DNA of 64,000 nt, from NCBI RefSeq assembly GCF_050320075.1, contig NZ_CP190018.1. One strand, given 5' to 3'. Numbering within the stretch: the stretch's first letter is position 1; every line of letters starts with the position of its first letter. The notes under the pieces were generated by a model. It saw only the letters and a program-made list of their open reading frames with translations, ran no database searches and was not told the origin of the DNA. Source of the stretch: Escherichia coli (GTDB taxonomy: Bacteria; Pseudomonadota; Gammaproteobacteria; Enterobacterales; Enterobacteriaceae). The position numbers and the translations under genes are program-made. Positions 63,004 to 64,000 of this stretch are shown piece after piece.

Positions 63004-63627
63004 TTAATCCAGTTGCGTAATATCAAAAGCGGCGCGGTCGATCACCGCAATGATCTTTTTTATCTGCGCATCAGTGATATCGCTCTGGTTGACGCGTAAA
63101 TCCAGCACCGCTTTAAAATTATCCAGTGCCCGCTTCATTTGCGGGTTCTGGCGGAGTGCAGCGCCAACGCAACGCGCTTTGATGCGTTCTTCGATCATCT
63201 CCACCTGTTCGCGGTTTTCTTCCAGCCACTGCGCGCCCTGTTCGGTCAGCGCAATCTGCTTCTTACCACCTTCCTCTTCGCGGATGGTAATCAGCGACTG
63301 CTCCTGGAGAAAATCCAGCGTCGGGTAGATGACGCCCGGGCTTGGGGTGTAATTCCCCTGGGTTAGATTCTCAATCGCTTTAATCAACTCGTAACCGTGG
63401 CTGTCATCGCGCGAGAGAATATCCAGAATCACCAGACGCAATTCACCGTGACCAAAGAAACGCTGCCGACGACCGCCGCCGCGACCGTGGCGACCACCGC
63501 AGCATTGACCGTGTTCATGCTGGTGACCGTGTCCGCAGTGCTCATGTTCTGACTTCTCACCTTTGCAGCAGCCTTCATGGCGTGGCTGGCCTTCATGTTT
63601 ACAACACCCTTCGTGATGATGGCTCAT
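63004..63627 (-). CDS. yqjI: PadR-family transcriptional repressor with His/Cys-rich N-terminus
   Basis: 207 aa from ATG 63627 (MSHHHEGCCKHEGQPRHEGCCKGEKSEHEHCGHGHQHEH...). Confidence 0.88.
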   Translation of the reverse strand: MSHHHEGCCKHEGQPRHEGCCKGEKSEHEHCGHGHQHEHGQCCGGRHGRGGGRRQRFFGHGELRLVILDILSRDDSHGYELIKAIENLTQGNYTPSPGVIYPTLDFLQEQSLITIREEEGGKKQIALTEQGAQWLEENREQVEMIEERIKARCVGAALRQNPQMKRALDNFKAVLDLRVNQSDITDAQIKKIIAVIDRAAFDITQLD

Positions 63628-63833
63628 ATCAGTCTCCTTTTGCTTGATTAGATATATCTTATTTATATCTGATATGAGCGCTCTTGCAAGTATAAAAATG
63701 ATTTTTAAACGTGGATGCACCTCACATCCAGGCCGGATAATGCGTTCACGCCGCATCCGAAAGCCTTGCTACGACGCTGAATGTCTTCTCATACTTCAGA
63801 TATATCAGTTCTACAAATCGCTTGCATTTATCA

Positions 63834-63852
63834 TGATTAACAATCATTATCA
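63834..63852. promoter_or_regulatory. Candidate Fur box upstream of yqjH
   Basis: TGATTAACAATCATTATCA resembles the Fur consensus GATAATGATAATCATTATC; about 55 bp upstream of the yqjH ATG. Confidence 0.55.
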
Positions 63853-63904
63853 TTTGCGAAATTTTATTTAGATATATCTGATTACCATCATGAAGGCGAT
63901 AACA

Positions 63905-64000
63905 ATGAATAACTCCCCCCGCTACCCGCAGCGCGTTCGCAATGATCTGCGCTTCCGTGAACTGACTGTATTGCACGTTGAGCGCATCAGCGCCGGTTTT
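63905..64000 (+). CDS. yqjH: NADPH-dependent ferric-siderophore reductase, N-terminal part only (runs off window end)
   Basis: ATG at 63905, translation MNNSPRYPQRVRNDLRFRELTVLHVERISAGF...; divergent from yqjI. Confidence 0.75.
   Translation, partial: MNNSPRYPQRVRNDLRFRELTVLHVERISAGF

Overview
This window is Escherichia coli chromosomal backbone with K-12-like gene order, read in the reverse orientation to the usual K-12 map. In window order: kbaZ (5' part), agaR, yhaV interrupted by IS1, prlF, garD, garPLRK, rnpB (RNase P RNA), yhaC-yhaB, tdcR, tdcABCDEFG, yhaO-yhaM (cyuPA), yhaL-K-J-I-H, yqjG-F-K-E-D-C, mzrA, yqjA, exuR, exuT, uxaCA, ygjV, sstT, alx with its leader, ygjR-Q-P, rlmG, fadH, an unrecognised ORF, ygjK-J-I, ebgC-A-R, ygjH, patA, aer, yqjI and the start of yqjH. 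Most of it is ordinary conserved core; no CRISPR array, tRNA or rRNA was seen. Four things stand out. (1) Between fadH and ygjK, bounded by REP elements, lies a roughly 1.9 kb segment carrying one uninterrupted 513-codon minus-strand ORF built from three diverged ~150-aa internal repeats that I cannot assign to any family; this is the best candidate for something undescribed. (2) A complete 768-bp IS1 with an 8-bp target duplication splits the toxin gene yhaV while the antitoxin gene prlF stays intact. (3) The rlmG-fadH gap holds only REP sequences where I recall K-12 carrying the higBA toxin-antitoxin pair. (4) A ~230-bp GC-rich, inverted-repeat-dense element sits between alx and sstT. All gene names come from recognising the translated sequences and gene order from memory; no database search was run.
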